Below are positions 41,285-51,690 of a stretch of 64,000 nucleotides of DNA, one piece after another; the stretch's first letter is position 1; each line of letters opens with the position of its first letter. Where the stretch lies: assembly GCA_965214705.1 (NCBI GenBank), contig OZ243972.1, forward strand, positions 192,001 to 256,000, read 5' to 3'. Below the pieces are notes generated by a model that searched no databases, was not told the origin of the DNA, and was given only the letters and a program-made list of their open reading frames with translations. The DNA is from Alphaproteobacteria bacterium (GTDB taxonomy: Bacteria > Pseudomonadota > Alphaproteobacteria > UBA828). Both the position numbers and the translations under genes were made by a program.

Positions 41285-42574
41285 ATGAGGAACACTAGGG
41301 GCATTCCCAGGCTAGCATTGTCGGCAGTTGCCGGTGCGGCCGCTTTGGGCATGGCCGTAACAGCCACCACCGAAACGGCATCGGCACAGGAGACGCTCCA
41401 AGTCGGTGCGATCCAGCCGCAGGCCGGCGATTGCGGGCAATGGGGGATTCCCATCACCCGTGGCATGCAGATCTGGGCGGATCAGCTCAACGCCGAGGGC
41501 GGTCTGCTCGCCGGCGACGGCAAGCGCTACATGATCGAGATCAAGGCGTACGACAACGTCTGTTACATCCCGGGCGAGGAGCTGAAGGCCGGCCGTCGCG
41601 CCATCCTGGACGACGGCATCAAGTTCATGCTGCAGACCTTCACACCGGGCAGCAGGCAGGCGATCGCCCAGATGACCACCGACCACCACGTGCTCACCAC
41701 GTCCTACGGTGCGGGCTATCTGAGCAAGGATCATCCGTACCTCATCGGCGGCATCACCGGCTCGCCGGCGGCCTACATGCTGGTCGCGAGCCGCGCGCTC
41801 ACCGCCAACCCGGACGTGAAGCGGGTCGCCATCATCACGGCGGACGCGTCCTACGGTCTCGCGGCCAAGGCCTATTTCGAGGCCGGCGTCGCGGCGCACC
41901 CGGACCAGGCGGAGATCGTCTACAACGAGAGCTATTCGCCTGACGCGACCAAGGACATGCTCGGCCTGCTGACGCCGCTGATGGCGTCCGAGCCGGACAT
42001 GATCTGTCAGCTGGGCTTCGTGCCGGCGCAGCTCGCGATCATGGTCGAGACCGTCGAGCAGCTCGGCTTCAAGGGCGTCTACTGCGCCGAAGGCTTCACC
42101 ATGCCGATCATCCTGAAGCGGGTGCCCGCCGAGGTGCTCGCCGGGCGGATGTACTTCGGCTACGCCTTCGAAGCCTCCGAGGCGTCCTTCAGCCCCAAGG
42201 GCCACGAGCTCTACACCACTTACGTGGAGCAGTTCGGCGAAGACCAATGGTCCCCCTACACCCCGATCGGCTATGCCGCGATCGGCACGATCGAGGCCGG
42301 CATCAGGATGTCGCCCAGCATCGACTCCGAGGTCGTGATGAAGACCCTGCTCGGCGCGGAGGTCGTCGATCACCCGATTTTCGGTCCCTCCAGGTGGGGC
42401 GGTGAGGAGATCTACGGCGCCAACAACCACCTGCTGACGCCGCTGCCGATCTACAACCTCGGTGCGGACGGCAACCTGGTGCTCGACCATCTCCTCGACC
42501 ACGCCGCGTGGTGGGAGCAGCACATGGCCGTTGCCCTGCCCGTGCTCGAGGCAGGCGGTCAAGTATTCAGATAG
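41285..42574 (+). CDS. ABC transporter substrate-binding protein (LivJ/HAAT type)
   Basis: Signal peptide, VGAI.P..G....G, N..GGL, KRVAII..D.SYG. Heads a livHMGF-like operon. Confidence 0.85.
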   Translation: MRNTRGIPRLALSAVAGAAALGMAVTATTETASAQETLQVGAIQPQAGDCGQWGIPITRGMQIWADQLNAEGGLLAGDGKRYMIEIKAYDNVCYIPGEELKAGRRAILDDGIKFMLQTFTPGSRQAIAQMTTDHHVLTTSYGAGYLSKDHPYLIGGITGSPAAYMLVASRALTANPDVKRVAIITADASYGLAAKAYFEAGVAAHPDQAEIVYNESYSPDATKDMLGLLTPLMASEPDMICQLGFVPAQLAIMVETVEQLGFKGVYCAEGFTMPIILKRVPAEVLAGRMYFGYAFEASEASFSPKGHELYTTYVEQFGEDQWSPYTPIGYAAIGTIEAGIRMSPSIDSEVVMKTLLGAEVVDHPIFGPSRWGGEEIYGANNHLLTPLPIYNLGADGNLVLDHLLDHAAWWEQHMAVALPVLEAGGQVFR

Positions 42575-42746
42575 GCCGCTCAAACGGCTGGTTTTGCGGG
42601 CCGGGAAGCGCGTCGCGTGCGGCGTCGTTCCCGGCCCGTCCATTTTCGATACCCGGCAGGCGCATACGGCGAGCGGCCGGCCCGCTCGGCCCTGCCGCGC
42701 GCGGCGACGGTGCTAAGACTTAGGCGGGCGTAGCGGCCAAGACGAC

Positions 42747-43610
42747 ATGCAAATCGTCGCCAACATCATCTTTCTCAGCACCTTCTACGTGTCCTTCGCT
42801 GTCGGGCTCGCGCTCGTCTTCGGCGTCATGCGCACCATCAACTTCGCGCATGGCGAGTTCTACATGTTTGGCGGCTACGCGCTCTGGCTGTTGATCAACG
42901 CCTTCACCGGCATCCTGCCTCCGGGTGCGACCTTCATTGTCGCGCTGATTGTCGCCGCAGGCGTGGTCGGCGTCATGGGGATTCTGGTTCAGCTCTCGAT
43001 CTTCCATCGATTGCGGGAGCAGCCCTTCTCGATATTCATGGCGACGCTCGGGCTGTCCTATGTCCTCCAGGTGGCGGTGGTGAAGGCCATCGGCCCAATG
43101 GGGCAGTCTGTCCCGGCGCCGTTTCCGGGCTTCATCCTGTTCGAGGGCATGGTCCTGCCGATCCAAAGGCTGGTGGTCTTCGGCTTCACCGTCGTGATGA
43201 TGGGCGGCCTCTATCTCTTCCTGATGCACACCGATCTCGGGCGCGCCGTCCGCGCGACCGCGCAGAACCGAACCGGCGCCATGCTGCAGGGCATCAGCAT
43301 GAACCATATCGCGCTCACGACCATGTTCGTGGGCTCGGCGCTGGCGGCGATTTCCGGCGTGCTCATGGGCAGCGTGCTCATCATCAGCCCGTTCATGGGC
43401 GGCGAGGCGCTCTGGCGCGCCTTCATCATCATCATCGTGGGCGGCATCGGCAGCCTTTCCGGCGCCGTGGTTGCCGCCTTCCTATTCGGCATCATCGACA
43501 CGCTGATGACGACGTTCGGCGCGGGCAAATTCGCGCCGATGGTCGACGCCATCATCATGCTGCTGGTGCTTTCCTTCCTGCCGAGCGGGCTACTCGGGGC
43601 GCGCGAATGA
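42747..43610 (+). CDS. Branched-chain-type ABC permease (LivH-like)
   Basis: GLALVFGVM..INFAHGEFYM, T.LGRA.RA.AQN, IVGGIGS. Confidence 0.92.
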   Translation: MQIVANIIFLSTFYVSFAVGLALVFGVMRTINFAHGEFYMFGGYALWLLINAFTGILPPGATFIVALIVAAGVVGVMGILVQLSIFHRLREQPFSIFMATLGLSYVLQVAVVKAIGPMGQSVPAPFPGFILFEGMVLPIQRLVVFGFTVVMMGGLYLFLMHTDLGRAVRATAQNRTGAMLQGISMNHIALTTMFVGSALAAISGVLMGSVLIISPFMGGEALWRAFIIIIVGGIGSLSGAVVAAFLFGIIDTLMTTFGAGKFAPMVDAIIMLLVLSFLPSGLLGARE

Positions 43611-44632
43611 TCAACCGCGCCGCCAACCGACAGGCCAACAGGATTTTCCTGCGGGCCTGCATCGGCACCGGCATCGCGCTGCCGCTGCTGGTGGCATTGC
43701 CCCACGCGCTCTCGGTCTACTGGCAGAGCGTGCTGGTGCTCTTCACCATCAACGCGGTCTCATTGATGGGTTACCGGCTGATCACGACCATGGGCGGCTG
43801 GTCGTTCGCGCATATATCGACGGCGGGCCTCGGCGCCTACACGACGGCGATCCTCACGACGCTGGAGACGCCCTGGTCGTTCTGGGCGACGTTCTTCCTC
43901 GGCGCGCTTATCGCCGGCGCCTTCGCGATGATCATCGCCTATCCGGTGCTGCGCACCCGGCACTACTACTTCTTCCTGAGCACATTTGCGGCGGGCGAAG
44001 CGCTGCGCCAGTGCTACGTGCAGTTCAGCGGGATCACTGGCGGCACCTACGGCATCTCGTTCATCCCGCGGCCCGAGCCCATCCTGGGGATGGATTTCGG
44101 CAACAGTGTCGGCTTCTACTATCTGGCGTTGGCGCTTGCCGTGGTCGTTGGCCTCCTGCTTTACCGCTTCGACCTCTCGCGCCTCGGCCACACGATCAAG
44201 GCGGTCGCCGCCAATGAGGAGCTTTCCGAATCCATCGGCATCAACACGTGGGCGCTCAGGACACTCCCCTTCGTCATGGGTTCGGTGGTCGCGGGCTTCA
44301 GTGGCGTGCTCTACGCGAACTTCAACGGGTTGATCAATCCGTTGGATTTCAGCGCGGTTCTCATGTTCAAGCTGGTGGCGGCGGCCATCGTCGGCGGCAT
44401 CACCACCTTCTGGGGGCCGCTGGTCGGCCTGCTCTACCTGACCGCGCTGGAAGAGGTTTTCCGCGACTTCACGCAGTGGATTCCGCTGCTCTGGGGCATC
44501 AGCGTCCTCGGCGTCATCCTGCTGGCGGAGGGCGGCCTGGAAATGGTCATCATCCGACTCGCCCGCCGCGCGCGGCGCTGGTGGCGGAGCCGCGGCGACC
44601 GACCGCCGGACGGCGCCCGGCAGGGGCGGTGA
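43607..44632 (+). CDS. Branched-chain-type ABC permease (LivM-like)
   Basis: SFAH, GLGAY, LR...YF...T, TGG..GI, SR.G...AV..NE, VGG....GP..G. Confidence 0.9.
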   Translation: MINRAANRQANRIFLRACIGTGIALPLLVALPHALSVYWQSVLVLFTINAVSLMGYRLITTMGGWSFAHISTAGLGAYTTAILTTLETPWSFWATFFLGALIAGAFAMIIAYPVLRTRHYYFFLSTFAAGEALRQCYVQFSGITGGTYGISFIPRPEPILGMDFGNSVGFYYLALALAVVVGLLLYRFDLSRLGHTIKAVAANEELSESIGINTWALRTLPFVMGSVVAGFSGVLYANFNGLINPLDFSAVLMFKLVAAAIVGGITTFWGPLVGLLYLTALEEVFRDFTQWIPLLWGISVLGVILLAEGGLEMVIIRLARRARRWWRSRGDRPPDGARQGR

Positions 44633-44635
44633 GCG

Positions 44636-45406
44636 ATGGCGATCCTCGAAGTCGATAACGTCGCCAAGCGCTTCGGCAAACTGGCCGCTGTGAAGGGGAT
44701 CTCCTTCGAGATTCCGGAGGGGCAGATTCGGGGTCTCATCGGGCCGAACGGCTCCGGCAAGACCACGATGTTCCACCTGATCAGCGGATTCCTAAAGCCT
44801 ACTTCCGGCGACGTGCGCTTCCAGGGCCACTCGATCAAGGGCAAGCGGCCGCACCAGATCGCCAAGCGCGGGCTCGTCCGCACCTTCCAGCTCACCAGCA
44901 TCTACCGCGAGATGACGGTGCGCGAGAACGTGGCGATGGGCCATCACGTCCACGCCGGGCGCCGGGGGGCGAGGCCGCGGCCTTCCCTCGAGAATCTGCC
45001 TCATTTCGAAAGCGTGGATGAGAGCACCGAGTGGATCCTGGACTTCATGACGCTCTCGGACGATGCGGAGACGACCGCGCGCCTGCTGCCTGCCGGCATG
45101 CAGCGGGTGCTCTCCATCGCCACCGCGCTCGCGGTGCGGCCGACGCTCTTGATGCTGGACGAGCCGCTTGCCGGCCTCAATCCGACCGAGAAGATCAGCG
45201 TCGCCCAGAGGATCGCAAGCCTGCGCGACCACGGCATCACGATACTCCTGGTCGAGCACGACGTGCGCTCCGTGCTCAGCGTCTGCGAGCTCATCACCGT
45301 GATCGACTTCGGCGAGAAGATCGCCGAGGGCACGGCGGACGAGGTGACCAGCAACCCGGCCGTCATCGAGGCCTATCTCGGGAAGCAGTCGCGCCATGAT
45401 GCTTGA
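44636..45406 (+). CDS. ABC ATPase (LivG-like)
   Basis: GPNGSGKTT, GLVRTFQ, LDEP.AGLN, VEHD, V.EAYLG. Confidence 0.92.
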   Translation: MAILEVDNVAKRFGKLAAVKGISFEIPEGQIRGLIGPNGSGKTTMFHLISGFLKPTSGDVRFQGHSIKGKRPHQIAKRGLVRTFQLTSIYREMTVRENVAMGHHVHAGRRGARPRPSLENLPHFESVDESTEWILDFMTLSDDAETTARLLPAGMQRVLSIATALAVRPTLLMLDEPLAGLNPTEKISVAQRIASLRDHGITILLVEHDVRSVLSVCELITVIDFGEKIAEGTADEVTSNPAVIEAYLGKQSRHDA

Positions 45407-46106
45407 GACCCAGGATCTGACGGTCAAGTACGACCTGATCTCGGCGCTCTCGGAGGTGTCGATCTCGGCGGAAGAGAGGACGATCACGACCATCGTCGGC
45501 AGCAACGGTGCCGGCAAGACGACCCTGCTCAAGACCATCTCGGGCTTGATCCGGCCGGAATCCGGCGAGATTCGCTTTCTCGGCGAGCGGATCGACGCGG
45601 CCTCGCCCACCGCCATCGTGCGCATGGGAATCTCGCACGTACCGGAGGGGCGCGAGCTCTTCCCGCGCATCAGCGTCTACGACAACTTGATGGTGGGCGC
45701 CTATCTGCGTAAGGACAGGAAGGCCATCCGCCGCGACCTCGACCGCATTTACCAGCACTTCCCCATTCTCAAGGACCGCCGGCGCCAGTTGGCGCGCGAT
45801 TTGAGCGGCGGCGAGCAGCAGATGCTGGCCTTCGGCCGCGCCCTCATGTCGGATCCCAAGCTGCTGCTGCTGGACGAGCCCTCCATCGGCCTCGCGCCGG
45901 TGATCGAGCAGAGGATCATGGAGACGCTCCGCGTGCTCACGGTCGACGAGAACGTCGGCGTGGTTCTGGTGGAGCAGAATGCCGCGCTGGCGCTCAGCGT
46001 CGCCTCCCACGGCTACGTGCTGGAGCAGGGCTCGCTCGTGCTCCAGGGACCGGCCAACGAACTCATCAGGGACGACAACGTCAGAGCGGCCTACCTCGGC
46101 CTCTGA
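45396..46106 (+). CDS. ABC ATPase (LivF-like)
   Basis: GSNGAGKTT, VPEGR, LSGGEQQMLA, LDEPS.GLAP, VEQNA. Confidence 0.93.
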   Translation: MMLETQDLTVKYDLISALSEVSISAEERTITTIVGSNGAGKTTLLKTISGLIRPESGEIRFLGERIDAASPTAIVRMGISHVPEGRELFPRISVYDNLMVGAYLRKDRKAIRRDLDRIYQHFPILKDRRRQLARDLSGGEQQMLAFGRALMSDPKLLLLDEPSIGLAPVIEQRIMETLRVLTVDENVGVVLVEQNAALALSVASHGYVLEQGSLVLQGPANELIRDDNVRAAYLGL

Positions 46107-46196
46107 ATGGGCCGCCGGCCGATTAGCCTTGCCGGTGCGACCGTGTAGTATGCCCCGCCCCTAGGTCGCGTATCCGCCCAACTCCGGAGCTCCTGC

Positions 46197-47627
46197 GTGC
46201 CCGGCATCACCGCCTACGGCGCCTACTTGCCGCGCCGACGTCTTCAACGCTCGGCAATAGCGGCCGCCAATACCTGGTTCGACGCCTCGCTCCGTGGCCT
46301 GGCGCGCGGCGAGTGCACCATGTGCAGCTGGGACGAGGACACGGTGACGATGGCCGTGGAAGCCGCGCGCGACATGGGCCCGGCTACGCCAGTCCAGGCG
46401 CTGTTCCTTGCCTCGACGACGCACCCCTTCGCCGTCCGCCAGAACGCCGGCATCGTCGCGGAGGCCCTGAATCTCGGGAGCGATCTGCGTACCATGGATG
46501 TGGCGGGCTCGCTTCGGGCTTCGACGACCGCGCTTATGAGCGCACTCGATGCCGCGGCGGCGGGGACGCAGGTCATCGTGGTGGCGGCCGAGAGACGCAG
46601 GGCCCGCGCCGGCAGCCCGATGGAAATGCTGTCGGGAGACGGGGCGGCCGCGCTCCAGGTGGGCGCCGAGGGAGAGATCGCGACCCTGCTCGGCTCCGCG
46701 ACCGTCGCCGCAGACTTCATCGACCATTTCCGCGCGAGCGGCGATGCCTACGACTACGCCTGGGAAGACCGCTGGATTCGCGACGAAGGCTGGATGAAGC
46801 TGGTGCCGCAGGCGGTCGCGCGGGCTCTCGCGAAGGCCGGCGTCGAGCCCACGGAGGTCGATCGCCTGATCGTTCCCTGCCACCTGAGGCGAGTGCCGGA
46901 GGGTGTCGGCAAGGCGTGCGGCATCTCCGCCGAGGCCGTCGCCGATCCGATGATGAGCACGGTGGGCCAATGCGGCACGGCACAGCCGCTGCTCATGCTC
47001 GCGGCCGAGCTGGCGAGTGCTGAGCCGGGGCAGACCTTTGTCGTCACCGGGTTCGGGCAGGGCTGCGACGCGCTGGTGTTTCGCGTGACGGACGCGATCG
47101 GCGCGGCGCGGCCCAAGCGCGGCGTCGCCGGGTGGCTGGAGCGCAGGGTCGAGGAAACCAACTACAGCAAGTTCCTGACCTATTGTGGCGTGGTCGAGCG
47201 CGAGTACGGCAAGCGCGCTGAGCTCGACCGGTCGCCGGCGCTCACGGCGCAGTACCGCAACCGGGAGGGTGTGACCGGATTCGTCGGCGGCCGCTGCGTG
47301 CGCTGCGGCACGGTGCAATACCCGAAGGCGATCTACTGCGTGAACCCGAACTGCGGCGCCAGGGACACGCAGGAGCCCCACCCCATGGCGGACGTGCCGG
47401 CCACGGTGAAGACCTTTACCGCCGACCATCTCGTGTTCTCCATGGATCCGCCCGCCTACCTGGGCCTCGTCGAGTTCGAGGGCGGCGGCCGGACCATGGT
47501 GGAGTTCACGGAGGTGGATCCCGAGAGCTTCGACGTCGGCACGCGGGCGAGCATGCGCTTCAGAATCAAGCATGTGGATGAGCGGCGCGGGATGCGTCAG
47601 TATTTCTGGAAGGCGGCGCCCGACTAA
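46197..47627 (+). CDS. HMG-CoA synthase-like domain fused to DUF35 (Zn-ribbon/OB-fold)
   Basis: GI..YGAY.P..RL, DED.VTMAVEA, GDGAAA; C-terminal CVRCG..YP....C.NPNC, TFT.D, YFWKA.P. Confidence 0.85.
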   Translation: MPGITAYGAYLPRRRLQRSAIAAANTWFDASLRGLARGECTMCSWDEDTVTMAVEAARDMGPATPVQALFLASTTHPFAVRQNAGIVAEALNLGSDLRTMDVAGSLRASTTALMSALDAAAAGTQVIVVAAERRRARAGSPMEMLSGDGAAALQVGAEGEIATLLGSATVAADFIDHFRASGDAYDYAWEDRWIRDEGWMKLVPQAVARALAKAGVEPTEVDRLIVPCHLRRVPEGVGKACGISAEAVADPMMSTVGQCGTAQPLLMLAAELASAEPGQTFVVTGFGQGCDALVFRVTDAIGAARPKRGVAGWLERRVEETNYSKFLTYCGVVEREYGKRAELDRSPALTAQYRNREGVTGFVGGRCVRCGTVQYPKAIYCVNPNCGARDTQEPHPMADVPATVKTFTADHLVFSMDPPAYLGLVEFEGGGRTMVEFTEVDPESFDVGTRASMRFRIKHVDERRGMRQYFWKAAPD

Positions 47628-47653
47628 GGCGCTGCAGCGCGGGGAGAACGAAC

Positions 47654-48856
47654 ATGGCCAGCGGAATTCGAGACAAGGTGGCAATCCTCGGCATGGGCTG
47701 CTCGAAGTTTGGTGAGCGGTGGGACGCCGAGCCCTCGGACCTGATGGCCGAGGCGTTCGAGGAGTGCATCGCCGACGCCGGCATCGAACGCTCGCAGATC
47801 GATGCGGCGTGGCTGAGTACGGCATTCGACTCGGTCAACGTCGGTCCGAGCGCGCTTCCGCTCGCGACCTCGCTGCGGCTCGGCTACATCCCGGTCACGC
47901 ATGTCGAGAACATGTGCGCCAGCGGCACCGAGGCCTTTCGCGGTGCATGCTACGCGGTCGCCTCGGGTGCCGCGGACTTCGCGCTCGCGCTCGGCGTCGA
48001 GAAGCTGAAGGACACTGGTTATGGCGGCCTGCCGGCCCGGACCCGCGGTGTGACCAACGATCTGTTCTCCCCCAACGTCTCCGCGCCGGGCGCCTTCGCG
48101 CAGCTCGCGGCCGGCTATCGCGGCGCCCACGGCATCGACCGGGACGATCTCAAGCGCGCGATGGCCCACGTCTCGGTCAAGAGCCACGCGAACGGCGCGC
48201 GCAATCCCAAGGCGCACTTGCGCCGCGAGATCACCCACGAGCAGGCGATTGGAGCGCCGATGGTCGCGGAGCCCATCGGCCTCTTCGATTGCTGCGGCGT
48301 CAGCGACGGGGCTGCCTGCGCGATCGTCACCACGCCTGAGATCGCCATGACCCTGGGCGAGACGAACGTCGTGACGGTCAAGGGTTTGCAGCTCAGCGTC
48401 TCGAACGGCGAAGAGATCGGCTTCAACAGCTGGAACGGCGCCCACTTCAAGACCACACGCATCGCCGCCCAGCGTGCCTACGAGGAAGCCGGCATCGACG
48501 ACCCGCGCAAGGAAATCAGTGCCACCGAGGTCCACGACTGCTTCTCCATCACGGAGCTGGTGACGATGGAGGACCTCGGCCTCGCCGACGAGGGCCAGGC
48601 CTGGAAGGCGGTGCTCGACGGTCGTTACGACGCCGATGGCGAGATGCCGTGCCAGATCGACGGTGGCCTGAAGTGCTTCGGCCACCCCATCGGAGCCTCG
48701 GGTCTGCGGATGCTCTATGAGATCTATCTGCAGTTTCACGGTCGCGCGGAGGAGCGCCAGATCGACAGCATGCGCTACGGCCTGACCCACAACCTGGGGG
48801 GCCATCCCGTCCAGAACGTGTGCAGCGTGGCGATCGTCGGACACTACGACGGCTGA
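47654..48856 (+). CDS. SCP2/SCPx-type thiolase family protein
   Basis: VENMCASG, GVEK, N....NPKAH, DCC.VSDGAA, EVHDCF, GGLK.FGHP.GASG, HNLGG. Confidence 0.92.
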   Translation: MASGIRDKVAILGMGCSKFGERWDAEPSDLMAEAFEECIADAGIERSQIDAAWLSTAFDSVNVGPSALPLATSLRLGYIPVTHVENMCASGTEAFRGACYAVASGAADFALALGVEKLKDTGYGGLPARTRGVTNDLFSPNVSAPGAFAQLAAGYRGAHGIDRDDLKRAMAHVSVKSHANGARNPKAHLRREITHEQAIGAPMVAEPIGLFDCCGVSDGAACAIVTTPEIAMTLGETNVVTVKGLQLSVSNGEEIGFNSWNGAHFKTTRIAAQRAYEEAGIDDPRKEISATEVHDCFSITELVTMEDLGLADEGQAWKAVLDGRYDADGEMPCQIDGGLKCFGHPIGASGLRMLYEIYLQFHGRAEERQIDSMRYGLTHNLGGHPVQNVCSVAIVGHYDG

Positions 48857-48947
48857 ATGGCCCGCCGCGCCGGCCCAATCTGCAGCAGAACCCTCACCTC
48901 ATTGCGACGGCCGTGACCCACTCGCCGCGCCCCGAGCCTCCCGGGCC

Positions 48948-49793
48948 GTGAAATACGATGCGCTCATGGGCTTCGAGAGTCCCGAGGCCCGGCAGACCTT
49001 CGGTCCCCTCGACGCGGTGCGTTACGCGCTGTCAATCGGGCTCGGCCACGATCCTCTCGACCCGTGGCAATTGCAATTCGTGGATGACCACAAGGGCCCA
49101 CACATCGTGCCGTCGTTCTGCTCGGTACTCGGCCATCCCGGCTTCTGGCTGGCCGATCCGCGCACGACGGTCGATGCGGGCCGCGTAGTCCATGCCGAGC
49201 AGGGGTTCTCTCTGAAAGCACCTATCCCCAGCGCTGGCACGGTCGTCGGCAAGACCCGGATCGTCGATATCGTCGACAAGGGAGTGCAGAAGGGCGCGCT
49301 GCTCTATCTCGAGAAGACGCTAAGCGACACAGACACGGGCGCGGTCATCGCGACCGAGACGCGCACGATCATGCTCCGGGGCGACGGCGGCTATGATGGC
49401 CCCTCCGGCACGCCGCGTCCCGCGCCGGAGGAGCCCGCCGGGGAGCCCGACCGCACCGTTGCCGTCGCGACACGCCCGGAACAGGCCCTCCTCTATCGCC
49501 TGAATGGCGATCCCAACCCGCTCCATCTCGACCCTGCAGTCGCGAAGAAGGCTGGCTTCGATCGGCCGATCCTCCACGGTCTCTGCACCTTCGGGATCGC
49601 CTGCCACGCCATTCTGCGCGCGTTCGCAGGTGACGATCCCGGATCGCTGCGGGGCATGTCCGCGCGGTTCTCGGCGCCGGTCTTTCCGGGCGAGACCGTC
49701 GAGGTGCAGATGTGGCAGAACGGCGCCTTTCGGGCGCGGGCCGTCGAGCGCGACGTTTTCGTCCTGAGAAACGGCCTCGCGACCTTCGGGTGA
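48948..49793 (+). CDS. MaoC-type double hot-dog (R)-enoyl-CoA hydratase
   Basis: YALSIG, HAEQ, DKG, YRLNGD.NPLH.DP..A...GF.RPILHGLCT, F..PV.PGE. Confidence 0.9.
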   Translation: MKYDALMGFESPEARQTFGPLDAVRYALSIGLGHDPLDPWQLQFVDDHKGPHIVPSFCSVLGHPGFWLADPRTTVDAGRVVHAEQGFSLKAPIPSAGTVVGKTRIVDIVDKGVQKGALLYLEKTLSDTDTGAVIATETRTIMLRGDGGYDGPSGTPRPAPEEPAGEPDRTVAVATRPEQALLYRLNGDPNPLHLDPAVAKKAGFDRPILHGLCTFGIACHAILRAFAGDDPGSLRGMSARFSAPVFPGETVEVQMWQNGAFRARAVERDVFVLRNGLATFG

Positions 49794-49814
49794 CGCAATG
49801 ATGGGAGATGAACG

Positions 49815-50720
49815 GTGAACGAGGGAAAGGTGGCGATTGTCTCCGGCGCTGGCGGCGGCATCGGCCGTGAGATCGCACTGGCGCTTGCACGCACCGGGGC
49901 CTCCGTCGTGGTCAACGATATCGGCGTCTCGGTCACGGGCGAGGGCGGCTCGGCGAACCCGGCGGAGGAGACCAAGCGGCTGATCGAGGACGCCGGCGGG
50001 ACCGCCGCCATCGACACGCACAGCGTCGACAGCTGGGAGAGCGCGCGCGCCATCGTGGCAACGGCGCTGGAGGCCTTCGGGCGGATCGACATCGTGGTGA
50101 ACAACGCCGGTATCCTGCGCGACACGATCTTCCACAAGATGACGGCCGAGCAATGGCTCTCCGTCGTCGGTGTGCATCTCAACGGCAGCTTCTTCCTGAG
50201 CCGCGCGGCGGCGGAGCACTTCCGGCGTCAGGAGTCGGGCGCCTTCGTTCACATGACCAGCACGTCGGGGCTGATCGGCAACTTCGGGCAGGCGAATTAC
50301 GCGGCGGCCAAGCTCGGCATCTGCGCGCTCTCGAAGTCGATCGCCCTCGACATGAAGCGCTTCAACGTGCGCTCCAACTGCATCGCGCCCTTCGCCTGGA
50401 GCCGGATGACCAGCGAAATCCCGGCCGACACCGACGAGCAGCGGGAGCGGATCGAGCGTCTCAAGAAGATGACGCCCGAGAAGAACGCGCCGCTCGCCGT
50501 GTTTCTCGCGTCCGATGTCGCGCAAGGCATCACGGGGCAGGTCTTCGCCGTGCGCCACAACGAGATCTTTCTCTTCGACCCCTTCCGGCCCGCGCGCAGC
50601 GTCCACCGGAGCGAGGGCTGGGATGCGCAGGCAATCGCCGACCATGCCGTGCCAGCGCTGAAGGGCCACTTCGCCGCGCTCGACCGCTCCGGCGACGTGT
50701 TCAGCTGGGATCCGCTATGA
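49815..50720 (+). CDS. SDR, MFE-2-like 3-hydroxyacyl-CoA dehydrogenase
   Basis: GAGGGIG, VVVNDIG, NNAGILRD, VHLNG, GNFGQANYAAAK, N.IAP.A.SRMT. Confidence 0.9.
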   Translation: MNEGKVAIVSGAGGGIGREIALALARTGASVVVNDIGVSVTGEGGSANPAEETKRLIEDAGGTAAIDTHSVDSWESARAIVATALEAFGRIDIVVNNAGILRDTIFHKMTAEQWLSVVGVHLNGSFFLSRAAAEHFRRQESGAFVHMTSTSGLIGNFGQANYAAAKLGICALSKSIALDMKRFNVRSNCIAPFAWSRMTSEIPADTDEQRERIERLKKMTPEKNAPLAVFLASDVAQGITGQVFAVRHNEIFLFDPFRPARSVHRSEGWDAQAIADHAVPALKGHFAALDRSGDVFSWDPL

Positions 50721-50761
50721 GGTGAGGGCCTGCGAGTGCGGCCCGATTACTTGACCGTTGC

Positions 50762-51676
50762 TTACACACTCATGCGCGCGCGGCCGACGGCCTTTGTGCC
50801 TTCGACCTTGAAGCGCTGGATCGCGTTGTCCGCATCCATCAGTTCCTGAGGTCCGAGCACGCCGGCCTGATCGCCGGCGGTGCCGTTCAGGATGTCGTTC
50901 GGATGCTTGTGGTCGACGAACCCCAGGTTAACCGTGCCCAGGTCGTAGCCCATCAGGCACTGAAGTTGATGGGGGAAGGTCCGCGCCTCCTCCATCGGCA
51001 CGGCGAGATACTGGTTCTCCTCCTGGCGCAGCCAGCCGAGCGCGTAGTGAAGCGCGACGCCGCAGCGAGCGGCGTTCGAGCGATTGGCGCCGGCGCCATG
51101 GATCACGCTGCCCACGTACATCAACAGCGAACCGGCCGGCATTTCCGCCTGCTTTATCTCGTCCGGCTCCGGTATGCGCTCGTCGGGCCAGCGGTGGCTC
51201 CCCGGCACGATGCGGGTCGCCCCGTTCTCCACCGAGAAGTCGCTGACCGCCCACATGGTCGCGAGCGTCAGCGGCGGCGCGGGGTTCTGGATGGGAAAGA
51301 GGCCCGTATCCCGGTGCATCGTTTGCACGGTCTCGCCGGGCTCGACGTGCATCACTCCGGTGTAATGGACCTGGTAGCGCGCGCAATACGGCCCGAGGAC
51401 GCGGTCGGCGGTGTCCAGCACCAGCGGATGGACCACCATGTCGCGGCTCGTCGGGCAGCGTGAGAGCAACGCGCCGAAGCGCTTCGTCTTGTGCCCCATG
51501 AAGGCGTCGGGGTCGCCAAGCTCCGTCGCCTCCAGATGCGGGGTCAGCTCGCCCGAGAGCCGCGCAAGGGTCTCAGGATCGAGAAGCTCCCGCACGATCG
51601 CATAGCCGTCCTGCTCGATCGCCGCCGCCAACGAGTCTGCGCCGACGTCGGCATCGAATGTATTGAGCCTCGCCAT
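50762..51676 (-). CDS. Phytanoyl-CoA dioxygenase family (Fe/2-oxoglutarate) protein
   Basis: DGY.IV, HRD, ENGAT..VPGSH.W, HGAGAN, WLRQEENQY. Start 51676 (RBS GGGAG) or 51694 (ATGA overlap). Confidence 0.9.
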   Translation of the reverse strand: MARLNTFDADVGADSLAAAIEQDGYAIVRELLDPETLARLSGELTPHLEATELGDPDAFMGHKTKRFGALLSRCPTSRDMVVHPLVLDTADRVLGPYCARYQVHYTGVMHVEPGETVQTMHRDTGLFPIQNPAPPLTLATMWAVSDFSVENGATRIVPGSHRWPDERIPEPDEIKQAEMPAGSLLMYVGSVIHGAGANRSNAARCGVALHYALGWLRQEENQYLAVPMEEARTFPHQLQCLMGYDLGTVNLGFVDHKHPNDILNGTAGDQAGVLGPQELMDADNAIQRFKVEGTKAVGRARMSV

Positions 51677-51690
51677 GGCGTTGCTCCCGC

